Source of the DNA: Mesotaenium endlicherianum
Lineage: Eukaryota
Assembly (NCBI GenBank): GCA_009602735.1
Contig: WELA01003054.1
Location: 250,016 to 295,173, forward strand
DNA length: 45,158 nt
Direction of reading: 5' to 3'
This document shows, one piece after another, positions 1 to 12,763 of this stretch (positions within the stretch are counted from its first letter, which is position 1; the number at the start of each line of letters is the position of its first letter). The position numbers and the translations under genes were made by a program. The notes beneath the pieces were generated by a model. It saw only the letters and a program-made list of their open reading frames with translations. It had not been told where the DNA came from and did no database searches.

Positions 1-667
1 GCCCCCCCCACCCGCTCCTGCCCCTCCTGCCCCGAAAAAAAAAAAAAACTGTGGGTTAAGTACAGGCACCCCCACTCAGGTCGCTGTGGCTTGCAAAGCA
101 GCTGGCCTCTTCCATGCCGGGAGACATCTCAGGGCCTCTCCGCCCAAGACGGCTACAGAGGGTGGGGTTCGGGGGCTCCATGTGGCCAGAGTATGGTCTA
201 CGTGCCACCGAAACCCCACTCGTTAAAATTGACACAGCGCACCTCTGCATGCGCATTCATCTGCGGATTTGAGAATGTGGGGGCAGGGACGGGGCAGAGA
301 AGCGGAGGGAGTGGATAAAGGAGGGAGTGGAGAAATTGAGACCACTCACAAGAGATACTCCCAACACCGACACCTCGCTCCCCAACTCCCAAACCTTGTC
401 AAGCTCTCTTTCAAACCCCACGGCCGCTGACTGGAAAAGAGTGGCCCGGTGTGAGAGATGAAAAGGAGGGAGGAGGGAGGAGGAGAGGGGGAGGGGGAGA
501 GAGGGGGAGAGGGGGGGAGAGGGTGAGGGGAAGACTCATGATGAGCAGCCGCCAGACAGGCAACCAGGTAGGCAGCATCAGTGGAGCACGGTACATAACC
601 AGACGGGAGAGGGGATGTATGCGCGCGTGAGAGAGAGAGAGAGAGGGACAGAGAATAGGACGAGCTA

Positions 668-1391
668 NNNNNNNNNNNNNNNNNNNNNNNNNNNNNNNNN
701 NNNNNNNNNNNNNNNNNNNNNNNNNNNNNNNNNNNNNNNNNNNNNNNNNNNNNNNNNNNNNNNNNNNNNNNNNNNNNNNNNNNNNNNNNNNNNNNNNNNN
801 NNNNNNNNNNNNNNNNNNNNNNNNNNNNNNNNNNNNNNNNNNNNNNNNNNNNNNNNNNNNNNNNNNNNNNNNNNNNNNNNNNNNNNNNNNNNNNNNNNNN
901 NNNNNNNNNNNNNNNNNNNNNNNNNNNNNNNNNNNNNNNNNNNNNNNNNNNNNNNNNNNNNNNNNNNNNNNNNNNNNNNNNNNNNNNNNNNNNNNNNNNN
1001 NNNNNNNNNNNNNNNNNNNNNNNNNNNNNNNNNNNNNNNNNNNNNNNNNNNNNNNNNNNNNNNNNNNNNNNNNNNNNNNNNNNNNNNNNNNNNNNNNNNN
1101 NNNNNNNNNNNNNNNNNNNNNNNNNNNNNNNNNNNNNNNNNNNNNNNNNNNNNNNNNNNNNNNNNNNNNNNNNNNNNNNNNNNNNNNNNNNNNNNNNNNN
1201 NNNNNNNNNNNNNNNNNNNNNNNNNNNNNNNNNNNNNNNNNNNNNNNNNNNNNNNNNNNNNNNNNNNNNNNNNNNNNNNNNNNNNNNNNNNNNNNNNNNN
1301 NNNNNNNNNNNNNNNNNNNNNNNNNNNNNNNNNNNNNNNNNNNNNNNNNNNNNNNNNNNNNNNNNNNNNNNNNNNNNNNNNNNNNNNNNNN
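668..1391. other. Assembly gap (N run). Other gaps at 1905-1932, 15506-15606 and 44339-44426; single Ns at 10276 and 18032
   Basis: Runs of n, typically bordered by poly-G/poly-C or (GA)n tracts. Confidence 0.99.
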
Positions 1392-1740
1392 CCCCCCCCC
1401 CCCCCCCCCGGCCCCCAATGCTTATGTAGCCCTCGTGCCCCAGACGAGAAGAGCCAGCTGGAGATATAAAGAGGAGAAGAAGGAAAGAAGGAGGGAGGAA
1501 GGAAGGAAGGATCTTAGGAGTTGGGAAAGGAGAAAGGAAGAGGAGGAAGTAAGTCCTCCCTTCTGATTGCGACAATGTCCCCTCTCGACCAGACTGCCAA
1601 TGCCAACGTCACCGACCATCCGAGCCGAGGAGGCACCTGCAAGGCGGGCTGCTTCCAATCGACGAGGCAGAGAGTACCATGTGGCGGTCGGAGAACGAAA
1701 GCAGCAGCAGTACAGGTTGACGCGTGGGGCCGTCACTCAC

Positions 1741-2932
1741 CGTCAACGGCAACCTTCTCCTCCAGGTAGCGGTTCACGCCAAACTGGAGGCCGTTGATGG
1801 GGGCCATGCTGCACGCGTTCACGACGACTCCCCTGTACAGCAGGCGGGGGTCCAGAGGTACCGGCCTTGCATCCTGCCACAGGAGGAGGAGGAGGGGGGG
1901 GGGGNNNNNNNNNNNNNNNNNNNNNNNNNNNNGGGGGGGGGGGAGGGGGGTTGAAAAGGGGCAGCAAGCTGTTATGGTTCTTGGAGCTATTCAAGTCTCA
2001 TAAGGGGACTGCTGGGCGTGGATGTTTGAGATGGCTGCAGATCTGCACTCCCTTTTTGCTCTGACCACTTGCTCCAACCCCAGCTTGCATGCCTGTGAGC
2101 AGGAGGGCCATAAGGGGGAGCATAGAGCGCCTCCCCCGGTCCAATTACACGGGGCCTTTTTTATACGGCAGCTTGCCAGGACTTATGGGAGAGCCCACGG
2201 TAGCTGGCAGCCATGGATCTTTCCTCCAGCCTGCAGATACTGACCTGCCCAGCCTGGTCGAGACCCAGATCCTGCCAGTGCTGAAGCCAATCGAGAAGAA
2301 CATACGGAAGGACAGCGGCTACATAGGCCTCGTGCATTCCCTCTCATTCTTGCCCGTCACTCGTCGTAGACTATCTGCATGATGGTCAGTTTCAGCTTTC
2401 GCCAAGAGCCCTGATTAGCAAGGTGAACATCCACCCCTCTTTACTCGACTGGAACCAGGCTCTATCACCCGCCTCCCTCTGATCATACCGATGGACGGAC
2501 CAATGTAAGATACAATATGCTGATCAGTTCCGACTATTCCCTTCTACAGCCCAACACAAAGACAGAGAACATCCCTCATGGTTGACACAGCCGACTGATG
2601 CGGAAGCCAACTCGCCCTGCACTTCTTGCCTGTTGTATACTGCGTGGCAGTCAAAGACTCCAACTACAGGCAGCTAACCGCATGAAAACTCTTCATCAAG
2701 CTCGCGGTGCAGTACCGCCCTTAGAAGAGACTAGCCCAAATGTCATCATACACCCAAACCCTCTATTTTCGTACGTCATAAAAAAGACTACTCTACCGCA
2801 GGTGGAACGTACCTGTACAGCGTTTTTCCAAGCCACAAGTGGCTGCTGGATGATGACTTCCACACTTCCAGCCAGTGCTCCCATGAGAGAGGACACTCCT
2901 GGTGATACAGCCAAGTCTTCGTCGACCTTCAT
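1741..2932 (-). CDS. Mitochondrial substrate carrier (SLC25/MCF family), first two coding exons; 3' part not recognised (gap or outside window)
   Basis: Exon 2932-2813 (ATG...CAG|gt) gives MKVDEDLAVSPGVSSLMGALAGSVEVIIQQPLVAWKNAVQ. It joins in phase to exon 1873-1741 (cag|...G|gtgagt), DARPVPLDPRLLYRGVVVNACSMAPINGLQFGVNRYLEEKVAVD. GxxAG, PxxxxKxxxQ, LYRG and P...QF reproduce the first carrier repeat. An acceptor (ctgtag) 8 nt before the ATG suggests a 5'UTR intron; candidate donor gtgagt at 3753. Confidence 0.8.
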
Positions 2933-3863
2933 TTTGCGGCCTACAGATCTAGTTCTAGAAATTTGATATAAAATCCACCCGTATTCACTCGAGCTCCAAA
3001 AAACAAAAATCTGCTACTTTACGGAAACCGAAGAAGTTCTGAAGGTGCGCCTCTCCTACTAAGCAAACGCCACACAAGGTAACGAGGAGAATTCCTCTAT
3101 GAAATTTTCATAAGTGATCTACTTTCTGTACAAGCTGCTTAACAAGACGAGAGGTAGGTCTGCATAAAAGTGGCTGCAGCGCGAAGACAGTTGCCTCGGG
3201 GAAGTCGACTAAACGATAGGAACTTATGATCAACCTGATAACCTCCAGGCTTGAGACGAGGGCAAACGATTTCTACCCCGTCCAATTGTAGCGGGAAGGT
3301 CACACAAGCTGGAGCCACTGTTGGCCGCAAACTGCCGCAATCACATTGAGAGCAATTGAGAGTGGCAGGCTGGTGGCAGGAGACAATATTGATGCCAGCT
3401 GACGAGACCTTTGCGTGCTGCCCACGTAGCACATAACGCTGCTGAATCATCACTTGTCTCGGCTTGTCAAGCGTCTTTGTCCAATCGAGGTTCAAGGTTA
3501 AGCACATTAACGAATCCTTATTATCTCACGTGGCCTAGAGGCCCTGATTCTGTTGGCTGCTGGCCTCATAAGTCAACGATCGAGGACGATTCTGGGGGTG
3601 CACTTTTCCGAGTCGCTACAGGCAAGCTGAGCTGATCGATGAGGGCGGCAGGCGTCCCCGCACACTCCTTCCTGCTCCTGCCTGCTCCTGCCGGTCGCCC
3701 GCAACGACGCCTCCAGAATGTAGGGGCCGCCGAAGGTGGATGGTGGTACTCACGAGTGAAATAAATGCTGCGCAGATTGGCCCGTCCCCCAGCATCCTTG
3801 ATTGAAGTTGATGGCTTTGAGCCAGCTTTGAGCATCCTCGAGAGTCGAGTCTCGAGTCTCGAC

Positions 3864-4132
3864 CAGGCCCCAGGATTCGAAAAACAATTATATTTTCCCA
3901 TATTTTTGATGTTTGAAAATCTTTCAAAAACCAGAATTACCTCGACCGGGAGCGTATGTTTCAAAAGAAATCACGCATTTCCTTAAATAACAATAAAATA
4001 TTTTGGTTCGGATGTTTTCTTCAAATACAAAGAAGCAAAAAATCTAAATAGTGTTGGATGTTCCAAAAATCATGGGCGTCAGGCCCAGGATGTCTTCGAC
4101 ATCAACAGTTTTTGGTCGAATCCTGGGGCCTG
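3864..4132. mobile_element. hAT-type MITE (non-autonomous DNA transposon), 269 bp
   Basis: Perfect 17-bp TIRs CAGGCCCCAGGATTCGA (3864-3880) / TCGAATCCTGGGGCCTG (4116-4132). 8-bp TSD GTCTCGAC (3856-3863) / GTCTTGAC (4133-4140), one C>T at a CpG. AT-rich non-coding interior. Confidence 0.8.
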
Positions 4133-5855
4133 GTCTTGACCATCCTCAAATTTCCTCAATCCTCACCACCCTCGAGAGTCGAGTGTCCACTGTCAACTTT
4201 TAACAGTAGGCGACGGACAGTACCATAACAGCTGGAAAATGTCGACTCAAGATGCTCACAGTGGAGTTGATTTCATGCAGTCGCGAAAAGTGCGGAATAT
4301 ATCCATGACGCATTGTGGCGTTTGGTGGATTTTTGAATTATTTCTAAAACATCCTAGGAGACTGCTCAATATTCTTACTACTGCTCGATACAGCTCGATG
4401 AAGGCTTCAAAAGCTAAGCTGGACATGGCTAGGGAGCTGTTGGGAGCAGTTGGGAGCTCGGGGGAAGTTCCATGAAAATTGGGGAGAAAAAGACGACAAA
4501 CACTATAAAAGGATTTTCAAATAGCGCAAAACATCAATGTCTTCAGGTCAATAGAACGGAGCGATTTATAGTGTGCGTGCGCACTTGAAAAATCCAATAG
4601 ATAATAATGTAGATGGTCGATAAACGGTCGAAGACCTAATAAAAGAAGCCAAGTGTCCCGTAAAGTTACAGCAAACTGAATTTAAGAACCTGGTGAAAAG
4701 CACACACGTAGACCCCAAAGGTTGAGGGCTTCGAGCAACTTCGGGCTTTCCATCGCTGCTCTTGCATATGAACATTCTCAGTGGCCAGCAACTCCAACAA
4801 CCATAAGCAACTGCCATCAACTGCACCCCTTTTCGTGCTCCTACCAGCGTACGTTTTGACTTCAGTTAAGCCAAATTTGCTCATGCAATAGATGGTCGTG
4901 ACTCACGCAGGCGCTACCTTAACAGTGAATATGAATTGGAATGACTTGTAGAATGTCTGACGTGCAACGCGAGAAAATCTCCACTAGGAAATTACTTCAA
5001 TTAGAGAGCTAGCTTTACAGGGTGCATAAGAGTAGCAACAAATAATTGTCCTACTATGGGACATGCGCAACGCCGGTGCTTCACTTGCAACTAATCTCAG
5101 TATAGAAGCTTAGACAAATGAACAAGACAACACTTCTTTCGCTTTCATTCGAGACCAACTTTATGAATCAAAAATGTCTCTCTTAACCACAAACTAGTTG
5201 ATGCTAAAATACTATCATTGTGAAAGAAGTGCCAACTATTTCACTTTCTCGTAATGTAACCTCTCCCCCTAAAAGTTGATGCCTTTGTAGCGAGAACGAG
5301 CATTCTAACAACTAGAGCTACTGTATCCTGTCCTAAACTCTAGTACTAGACAAGCGCTCGCTCTGAGTATCACCTCACCTCTCTAACCCTACCCTTGGAC
5401 AAAAGCTCGGCAAGGGGTGTGGCACATTAAGTCCTACATGGAAGTCTAAAGGGAGTTACGTACCGCGGACTGCCCACATGTAAGTCTGAAGCAAGCACTA
5501 AACCTTCCAACTTTCTTACGTCTTACTCTTCTAGGGAGCGTCCCGTAGCTTCTGCATCCACACATGGGGAGCATGCTACGAGGCCACAAAGGTGCCGATG
5601 TGGGCACCGCCCGTCGCCTCTGTCAGGCCACATGACTACATTACTGGATGCTTTGCCTTGTCCCACATTGTTACTCGTGTCACGAGAGAGAAAGAGAGAG
5701 AGAGAGCTAAGAGCTAAGCTTGGAGCTTTCTGCGCCACGAAAGCTTCCAAGCATCCACAGAGGGAGGACTCGTCTTCCCTCGCTTGCCCCAAGCGCCGCC
5801 GTGCCCGAAGTAATGGCAGACGCCTGCTTCACCCTAGTTGTCATCACGTCGCCAG

Positions 5856-5928
5856 CTATCTGATCTGAGTCCTGCCAAGGCTATGTATGGCACCCGACTC
5901 GCGCACAGAACTCTGCTCACCCATACCA

Positions 5929-5960
<32 letters not shown>

Positions 5961-8900
5961 GCGCAGGAGAGTCAGAGACCAACAGAAACCGAGAGAGAGC
6001 CCCATGCGGCCAGGTCAGCTCCTTCCTCAGCACCCGCAGCGGCACCACCAGAAAGGTGCATGCATGCACCGGCAGCCACGTACAAGTGCACGCTTCACAG
6101 GTGCATGCACAGGCCTGAGGCCGACATCGCAGTGAGCCTTGAGGAAGGGGCGGGCTGGCTGGCTTCCCCCAGCCTGTTTAAAGCCCACTGCTCTCCTCCC
6201 CCCCCCCCCCTTCCCCTTCCTTCAAGCACCCGATTGGTGAGTGTAGCCATCGACCCGCAGCGCATGCATGCGCATACACGCACACACACACACACACACA
6301 CACAGACACAGAGACACAGACACGCAGACATCGCACATGCACACACGCGCGCAGAGCTGCACGAGATGAAACACACACACGCGCACACGCACGGCATGTG
6401 CGCACGGCCATGCTAGCCCCAACAAGCAGCAGGCTGACGCCAAGTGAGAGGGCGCACACCACTGGCGGCCGACATCCCAAGCCCTACCACTGTCGCCTCA
6501 CGGCGCATCTCTCACAACCCAACCTCACTCCTGGCACCGTCACACCGGGGCCTTGCAGCAGATTTAAACCCCAAACCCTGAACCACCCTAACCCTAATCA
6601 TGCCGCCCCTAATCTCACACTCAACCACCTGCTGCTCTGCCACCGCCCGGGTGTCCAACACTCGGATAAGACCGCGCACAGACGAGTCGGGAAGGGTTTA
6701 AGGGGGGCGTGCCCAGGCGTGCGGGCGAGCGTGTGCGCGCAGAAGCGCGCGCGCGCGCTCACCTGTGCTTTGAGGGGGGGGAAGATGTTCCAGAAGCGCA
6801 GAGTCTCGTCTCCTGCGCCCGTCACTATCGTCTGCCAGCACAGCACAGCACAGCACCACGCAGCAGCAACATCGCACCCGCACCCGCACCCGCCAACACG
6901 AACACGCACCACAGAGACTTGCCAGCTGTCAGTCCCAGAGAAGCACGAGACCACCCGGCCGTTCAGCTCTTCCCCAAGTCCCTCTCCAACTAACCCCGCA
7001 CCAGAGAGGGAGCAGAGGGGGGGAAGGAGGAGGGACCCTTCGAGAACACCACGCTGCATGCGCACGCATGCATGGCACATCGGCCCCATCACTAAGACTG
7101 CCATTGCGTGTGGTTTGTCAAGCACGTGTATATGCACAAATATATCATCTGCAGGTCTCAAGAGAAAATACAGACGCAAAGAGAGGACCAGCCGAGTTCC
7201 AAACACAAGCCAAGTGTCACCCGCCCGCCCGCTCAACCCACCTGGCCGTCGGGCGAGACGGCGAGGTAGAGCACCCGCATCGTGTGCCCCGTAAGCGTTG
7301 CCAGCTGTCCCCCGCCACACCCGCAGTACGCGTTGTCAGATGTCAGAAAGGATCGAGGGAGAGGAAGAGGAGGAGCACACGCCTCATTCTGTAGCGCCGC
7401 CAGCTTGCGCTTGACAGTGCGCAACAGTACCTTGAGATTTTTCCAAAGACACCAAGAAGTAAAAGATGAAGAAGGAAACAGTCAAACATCCGCCAAGAAG
7501 CAGGAGCCAGCCAGCAGCTGCCACATCTCATTTACGTTCTGCCTGCCTGGCTGCCTGCCATCCCTGTCGTCCCATTTGCCCGCCCGCCCACTCGCCCGCC
7601 CGCCTGCTTGCCACCCCGGCCAATAGACAGGGCCTACCTCTCATTCCCAGAAAGAGGAGCAACAAACTGAGAAAAGCAACAAACTGAGATTGGACAGCAA
7701 ACACGTGCTCACCAACCATCCCCTCGCCCCCCCCAACCGCCAGCATGCTACTGCCGTAGTCACTACCGCCACTATTGCCAAGGGATAAGAGGAAAGGGCA
7801 GGGGAGTGAGGCGACGCGGGCCCAGGCAAGCCAGGCAGGAGGCAGGCAGGCACCCACCTTGGACATGGAGGGGTAGCGCCACACCACAATCTGGTTCTGC
7901 GAGTACCCGTGCGTGCTCACCAGCTCGTTCGCGTTCTTGGACCACACCAAGTTGCACACCTGCGCGCCGCCAACGCTCTCCCGCACACACATTCCCCTTT
8001 CTCCCCCCCCCATGAGCAAGAGGGTCGCCCGAGCCGGGAAAACGTGCGCGCCAAGAAGGGGCCGGGTCAAGCACGCATGTGACGCAGAGGGGACAGGGCA
8101 ACAGGGGGTGCCGCATTCGTGAACAGGAGCACCCGGCCCTGGCTGCTGGAGTCGGGGGAGCAGCAGAAGGGAGAAGGCGACGCAGCGGGTGAGCGTGTGA
8201 GCGTGTGAACGGGCGTAGCACCTGGCTGCCAAAGCCGGTGCCAGAGGGAGGGACAGCAGAAGTGAAGAGGGACGGCAGGAGGGGGGTGGCAGGAGGGGGG
8301 TGGCGGGGGGGGTGGGCAAGCAAGTGCAGTGTGAGCAGGACTAGCGAGCAGTAACAGTACCCGGCTGCCGGTGCCGGAGGGACGGCAGAAGGGACAGGGA
8401 AGGGGGCAGTGAGTGTGCACGAGCAGTGAGGGGTTTACCCATCCGGCTGCCCGTGTCAGCGGGACAGCAGGGCTGAAGGGGGGTGACGGGAGTGGTGCGG
8501 AGTGAGAACAGGAGTGGCGAGCAGTGGCAGTGGCAGTACCTGGCTGCCGGTGTCGGTGTAGGACATGCTGGAGTTGGTGGCAGTGTTCCAGAAGCGGATG
8601 CAGCGGTCCGCCGTGCCCCCGCCGGACGCCAGCACGCCGTGCTGGTGGGGGGACCACGCGATGGCCTTCACGGCCGCCAGGTGGGCCTCGAAGCGGCACA
8701 CGGGCTGCTGGTGGTTGGCTTGGTTCCACACCAGGAGCTGCGCATAAGAGCAGGAGACAGGGGAGAGAGGGAAAGAGAGGGGGGGGAGGGAGGGGGGGGA
8801 GAGAAAGAGACAAAGAGGTGCCCCAAAAGAAGACCACGACGCCCACAGCAGAGGGGAGAATGGTTAGCGAGAGCACAGACAGCTCAGTCGCTGTCAGTCA

Positions 8901-10984
8901 CAGACGAGTCCAGGCCCTGGCAAGACACACACGCGCGCGTGCACGCACGCACACACGGACACATCCACACGCGCACACACAGGTGTGGCTGCGCGTGCAC
9001 GTGCCAACAAGCAGACATTGGGTGCTACATGCGGGCGAAGAAGCGCAGCGTGCGCACCCCCGCGGAAAGGAGCAGGCAAGTCCCTCCAGATGCACAAAAG
9101 CAGCAGAGGACCAGAGGCGAAGCGCCGCGCAGCACACCCGCACGCCCACCTTCCACGCCACTGCACGTGCACGCATGCATGCACAAAGAAATGGGCAGCG
9201 GCGCAATTGCTACCCCGGCACACCAGCACGCGCACGCCCCGCGCACACGCACACACCGCCACAACCAGCTGTACGAACGCACGCAACACCACCAAGTGGC
9301 CGCAAGAAACGCATGCATGACGCACAGCATCGCCACCGCAAGCCCCAGCTGCCTGCATGCCCCCGCACACACGTGCAATGGCAGGCACTTACGCACACGC
9401 ACCCACCACCACATGTCCCGCACGCCCGCCCGCCTGCCGTCGGCACGCTCGCCCAGACGCTCACATCCTCAGAAGCTCGCACGCTCAGACCCTCAGACCC
9501 TCAGACCCCCAGACGACCAGACGCTCAGACGACATACAGACGCACGGAGGCACGCACCTGGTTGTCGTTGCCACCCGACGCGAGCTCCTTGTTGTCGTAG
9601 GCCCACTGCAGGCCGCACACCTCCGACTTGTGCGCCGCTAGCCGCGCCGTGTAGTCCGCGGGAGCGCGCACGTCGCGCACCAGCACGGCGCGGTCGCGGC
9701 TGCCCGTCGCCAGCGAGTGCGCGCTCCACGCCAGCGTGCCCACGCGGCTGCGGTGGCCCGGCATCGTGCGCAGCCGCCGCGTGCTCTCCGCGTCCCACAC
9801 CTGGAGAAGAGGGACACTTGCAGGCTGAGGCAGGCAGGCAGGCCGGCCGGCAGGCGCACGCGTGGCGGCGTGACAGCATGCGAGGAACGTCCCACTCGCG
9901 GGGGGTGGGTAGGGTAGGGTCCTCCATGTGGGGCACAGCCAGCCTCACGACGCACACTCCCCTCTCTCTCTCTGGGTTTCTCGCTCGTGCTCTCGCACGT
10001 TCACACTCTCTCCTGCGCTCACGCGCTCTCCTGCTCCCGCGCGATCTCACACTCTCTCTTGCTGTCCCTCCCCCCTCTCTCATTCGCACTTGGAGATGAA
10101 TTTGCCGAGAGCCTGCCTTCCGCAAAGGGCAGGGGCTGTGAGGGGCACAAAAGAAACACGCGCCACTTACGTGGTGTGCCCCTGCCAAGACAGAAGAAGA
10201 GAGAATAAGAGATAAAGGACTGTTGAATTTGCTCGCCTGTCTGCCAAGCCTCCAGCGAAAGTCCCGCCGTCCAAANCGACCAGCGCACGGAGCAGATGGA
10301 GTCGTTGGGCCCCACATCGCACAGCTTCGTCACCTGCCACGCACACACGCGCACAATCACGAGCACACACACACACACACACGCGCACGCAGAACCAATA
10401 TGAGCCACAGGAGCACGCAGGGGGCGCGGGGCGTGCACGCACGCACGTACGCAGATTTGCTGGAAGGGACCCGCGCACACGCACCCACCACAAGAGCGCC
10501 ACTTGTGCCAGACTCGAGGGACATTGATTCTCTCTGGCTGCCTGCTGGGGGCTGCTTCGAATGCTATTGCCTCTTCTGGTCGGGGTTCCCATGAGGAGAG
10601 ACGAGGGTCGAGGTATCAAACACGCATCAAACAAGGGTCCAACAGGTTTGCGCCAAGCAGGGGTCAGGCAGGTGGCAGGCAGACATAGCTCGGGCAGGCC
10701 CGTCAGGGCAGGTGCCACATAGGGCCCAGGCGGGCGCCACCTAACAGGTATGTCACGACAGGTGCCTTGTATGACAGGTGTGCCTCCAAAGAGTGCGTCT
10801 GACAGTTATCTATGAAACACGTGCCTTGACAGGCGTCGCATACCAGGTGTCACATGACAGGTGTATTTCACAGCAGGAGGAGCGCAAGGAGGAGCAGGAG
10901 CAGGAGAAGGAGCAGGAGAGAGCGCAGGGGGAGGAGAAGGAGCAGGAGTAGAGGAGCAGGAGCGGGAGCAGGAGCGGGGGGAAA

Positions 10985-11015
<31 letters not shown>

Positions 11016-12763
11016 AGCGGCTCACCCGGCTGGAGTGCGCGCTCCAGAGGTAGACGCAGGGGCCCAGGGCCACGGCCAGCACGTTGTGCGTGGACCAGTC
11101 CACCAGGTTGAGGTAGAAGTCGTCCTGCAACGCCGGCGCGTCCAGCACCTGCTCTCTCTCTCGCTCCCCCGTCCCCCCCCCACCGCCACCACCGCCACCA
11201 CCGTCCACGCGCACGAGCACACGCACGTTCCACGCATTCGTACCGTCAGCTGCAAGTCGCGCCCCACAACCATTTTGAGAAAAGAGGAAGGGGGCGCGAT
11301 TGGTGCGAGGAACGAGGGAAGCCTCTCTTGGAATCGGCGGTCACAGGACGATAGGGTTCAGACAGGTGAATGAAAAAAGAAAGTGGGGGGGGAGGGGGGG
11401 GGCGGGAAGTCAGAAGTGGAAGATGGGGAGTCAGCAGCAGCGTGACAGGTGGCCTCGGAACCGAGAGGCGGAAAACAGACCCCCCGCGCGTCTAGCGCAG
11501 CTCGAATAGCTGTGGTGATTTCTGGAAACGATTGTGACGTGCTGGTTTTGTGTTGATTTTTGTGGGCAGTTTTTTTGCGGGCAGGATGACACGACTGCTG
11601 CGAGGACGTCCGAGACGGGAGATGAGATTCAAAGGGCGTGCGGGTGCTCCGACTCCAGCGCAACAGCTGTACTGCTGACGCGGGTTCTGTCCGAGGAGCC
11701 GGCAGCTCAGCAGGCAAACAACACCTGTCGCCTCGCAAGTGCGCTCCACTGGGCCAGGCGGCAAGCTGGATAAGATCTCGTCGGCTCACTAGAACCTGAA
11801 TCCGAACCCAAACGCACACCCTCAGAGAGGGAGCAGCGGCGGCACCACCAAAAAAAAACTAGGGCTGAAGCTGACCCCCTTCCCCCGTCAGGCTAACCAG
11901 CAGGCCCAGGCGCAAGCAAACAAGACTCCGACGACAACAACCCTGCGGCAGGAAATCGTGCACCCTCCTCAGATGGCTCGGCTCGGCCGCCAGATGGCAG
12001 GCAGGCAGGCAGACTGGCAGGCGCTGACCTTGTAGGGCGAGCGCGCAATTCGTCGGGCCTGCGGCTTGGGGCTGGTGGGGAGGCCTGCCAAAACGCCATC
12101 TGGCCCGACAGGTGCCAGCGAGTAAGGGGACTCGGGCTGCCCGCCCGAGCTGCCGCTGGAGCTCCTCAGATCGCTCTTGAAGCGGAAGAGGTTCTTGCCG
12201 GGGCTGCAGGAGCTCATGGGGGAGGACCACAGGCTGTCCCTCCCGCCGCCAGGTGTCGCGCCGCCCTTCTCCGGCGTGATTACCCCGGGCGACATGGCGG
12301 CGGAGGAGACGCTCTCCGTCGACCCAAAGAGCTCGGAGCGCAGGAGCTGGGAGTAGGCAGCTGTCCCCTCCTCCTTCCGCCTGGTGGCTCCCCCAGGAAG
12401 CTTGTCTAGGAGGGCGAAGTTTATTTGCTGGGATGGGCTCCTGCAGGGTATGAATCGATCGCTGTAGGTTATGTAAGAGGACGAGGAGGAGGAGGGGAGG
12501 TGGGGGGATTCTGACAGGCTAGGTGAGGGCAAGGCTTGGCTTGCTGGAGGTCTGAGAGTAGAGTCTAGCCTCAGGGAGTCTTTTGAAATGCCAGGTGGCA
12601 AATGCAGGCCCCCTGACCGCTCCTGCCTGGCGGGACCACCCCGATGAGAGTGTCCCGCCTGTTCTTGCTCGCTTGAGAACAGCTGCCGCGCTGCAGACAA
12701 GCTGGTGGGTCTTGCGACCCTGGGCGATTGGACAAAAGCATCTTCCATATAGTCATCGTCCAT
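5856..12763 (-). CDS. FZR1: Cell cycle switch protein CCS52 / fizzy-related (Cdh1) WD40 activator of APC/C, 9 coding exons
   Basis: Exons 12763-12029, 11148-11026, 10333-~10277 (broken by N at 10276), 9800-9558, 8737-8540, 7959-7858, 7304-7242, 6831-6763, 5912-5856, with GT-AG phase-0 junctions. Motifs: C-box DRFIPCR, Cdh1-specific [78 protein letters not shown] and C-terminal IR tail (GRTQIR*). Confidence 0.95.
10878..11015. repeat. Degenerate (GAGCAG)n hexamer tandem repeat in CCS52 intron 2
   Basis: Repeated gagcag/gaggag units directly after the exon-2 donor; they generate the low-complexity ORFs in the track. Confidence 0.85.

Noticed and set aside
346..1575. Long ORFs spanning the N gap
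   Set aside because: Open only because Ns contain no stops; the flanks are low-complexity.
5250..5645. Possible solo LTR (TGTAAC…ACTACA)
   Set aside because: No matching TSD and no second copy in the window; only an 8-bp inverted match.
8483..10099. 538-aa and 358-aa plus-strand ORFs
   Set aside because: Antisense to CCS52 exons and (CA)-rich introns; His/Thr/Arg-rich repeat translations with no domain.
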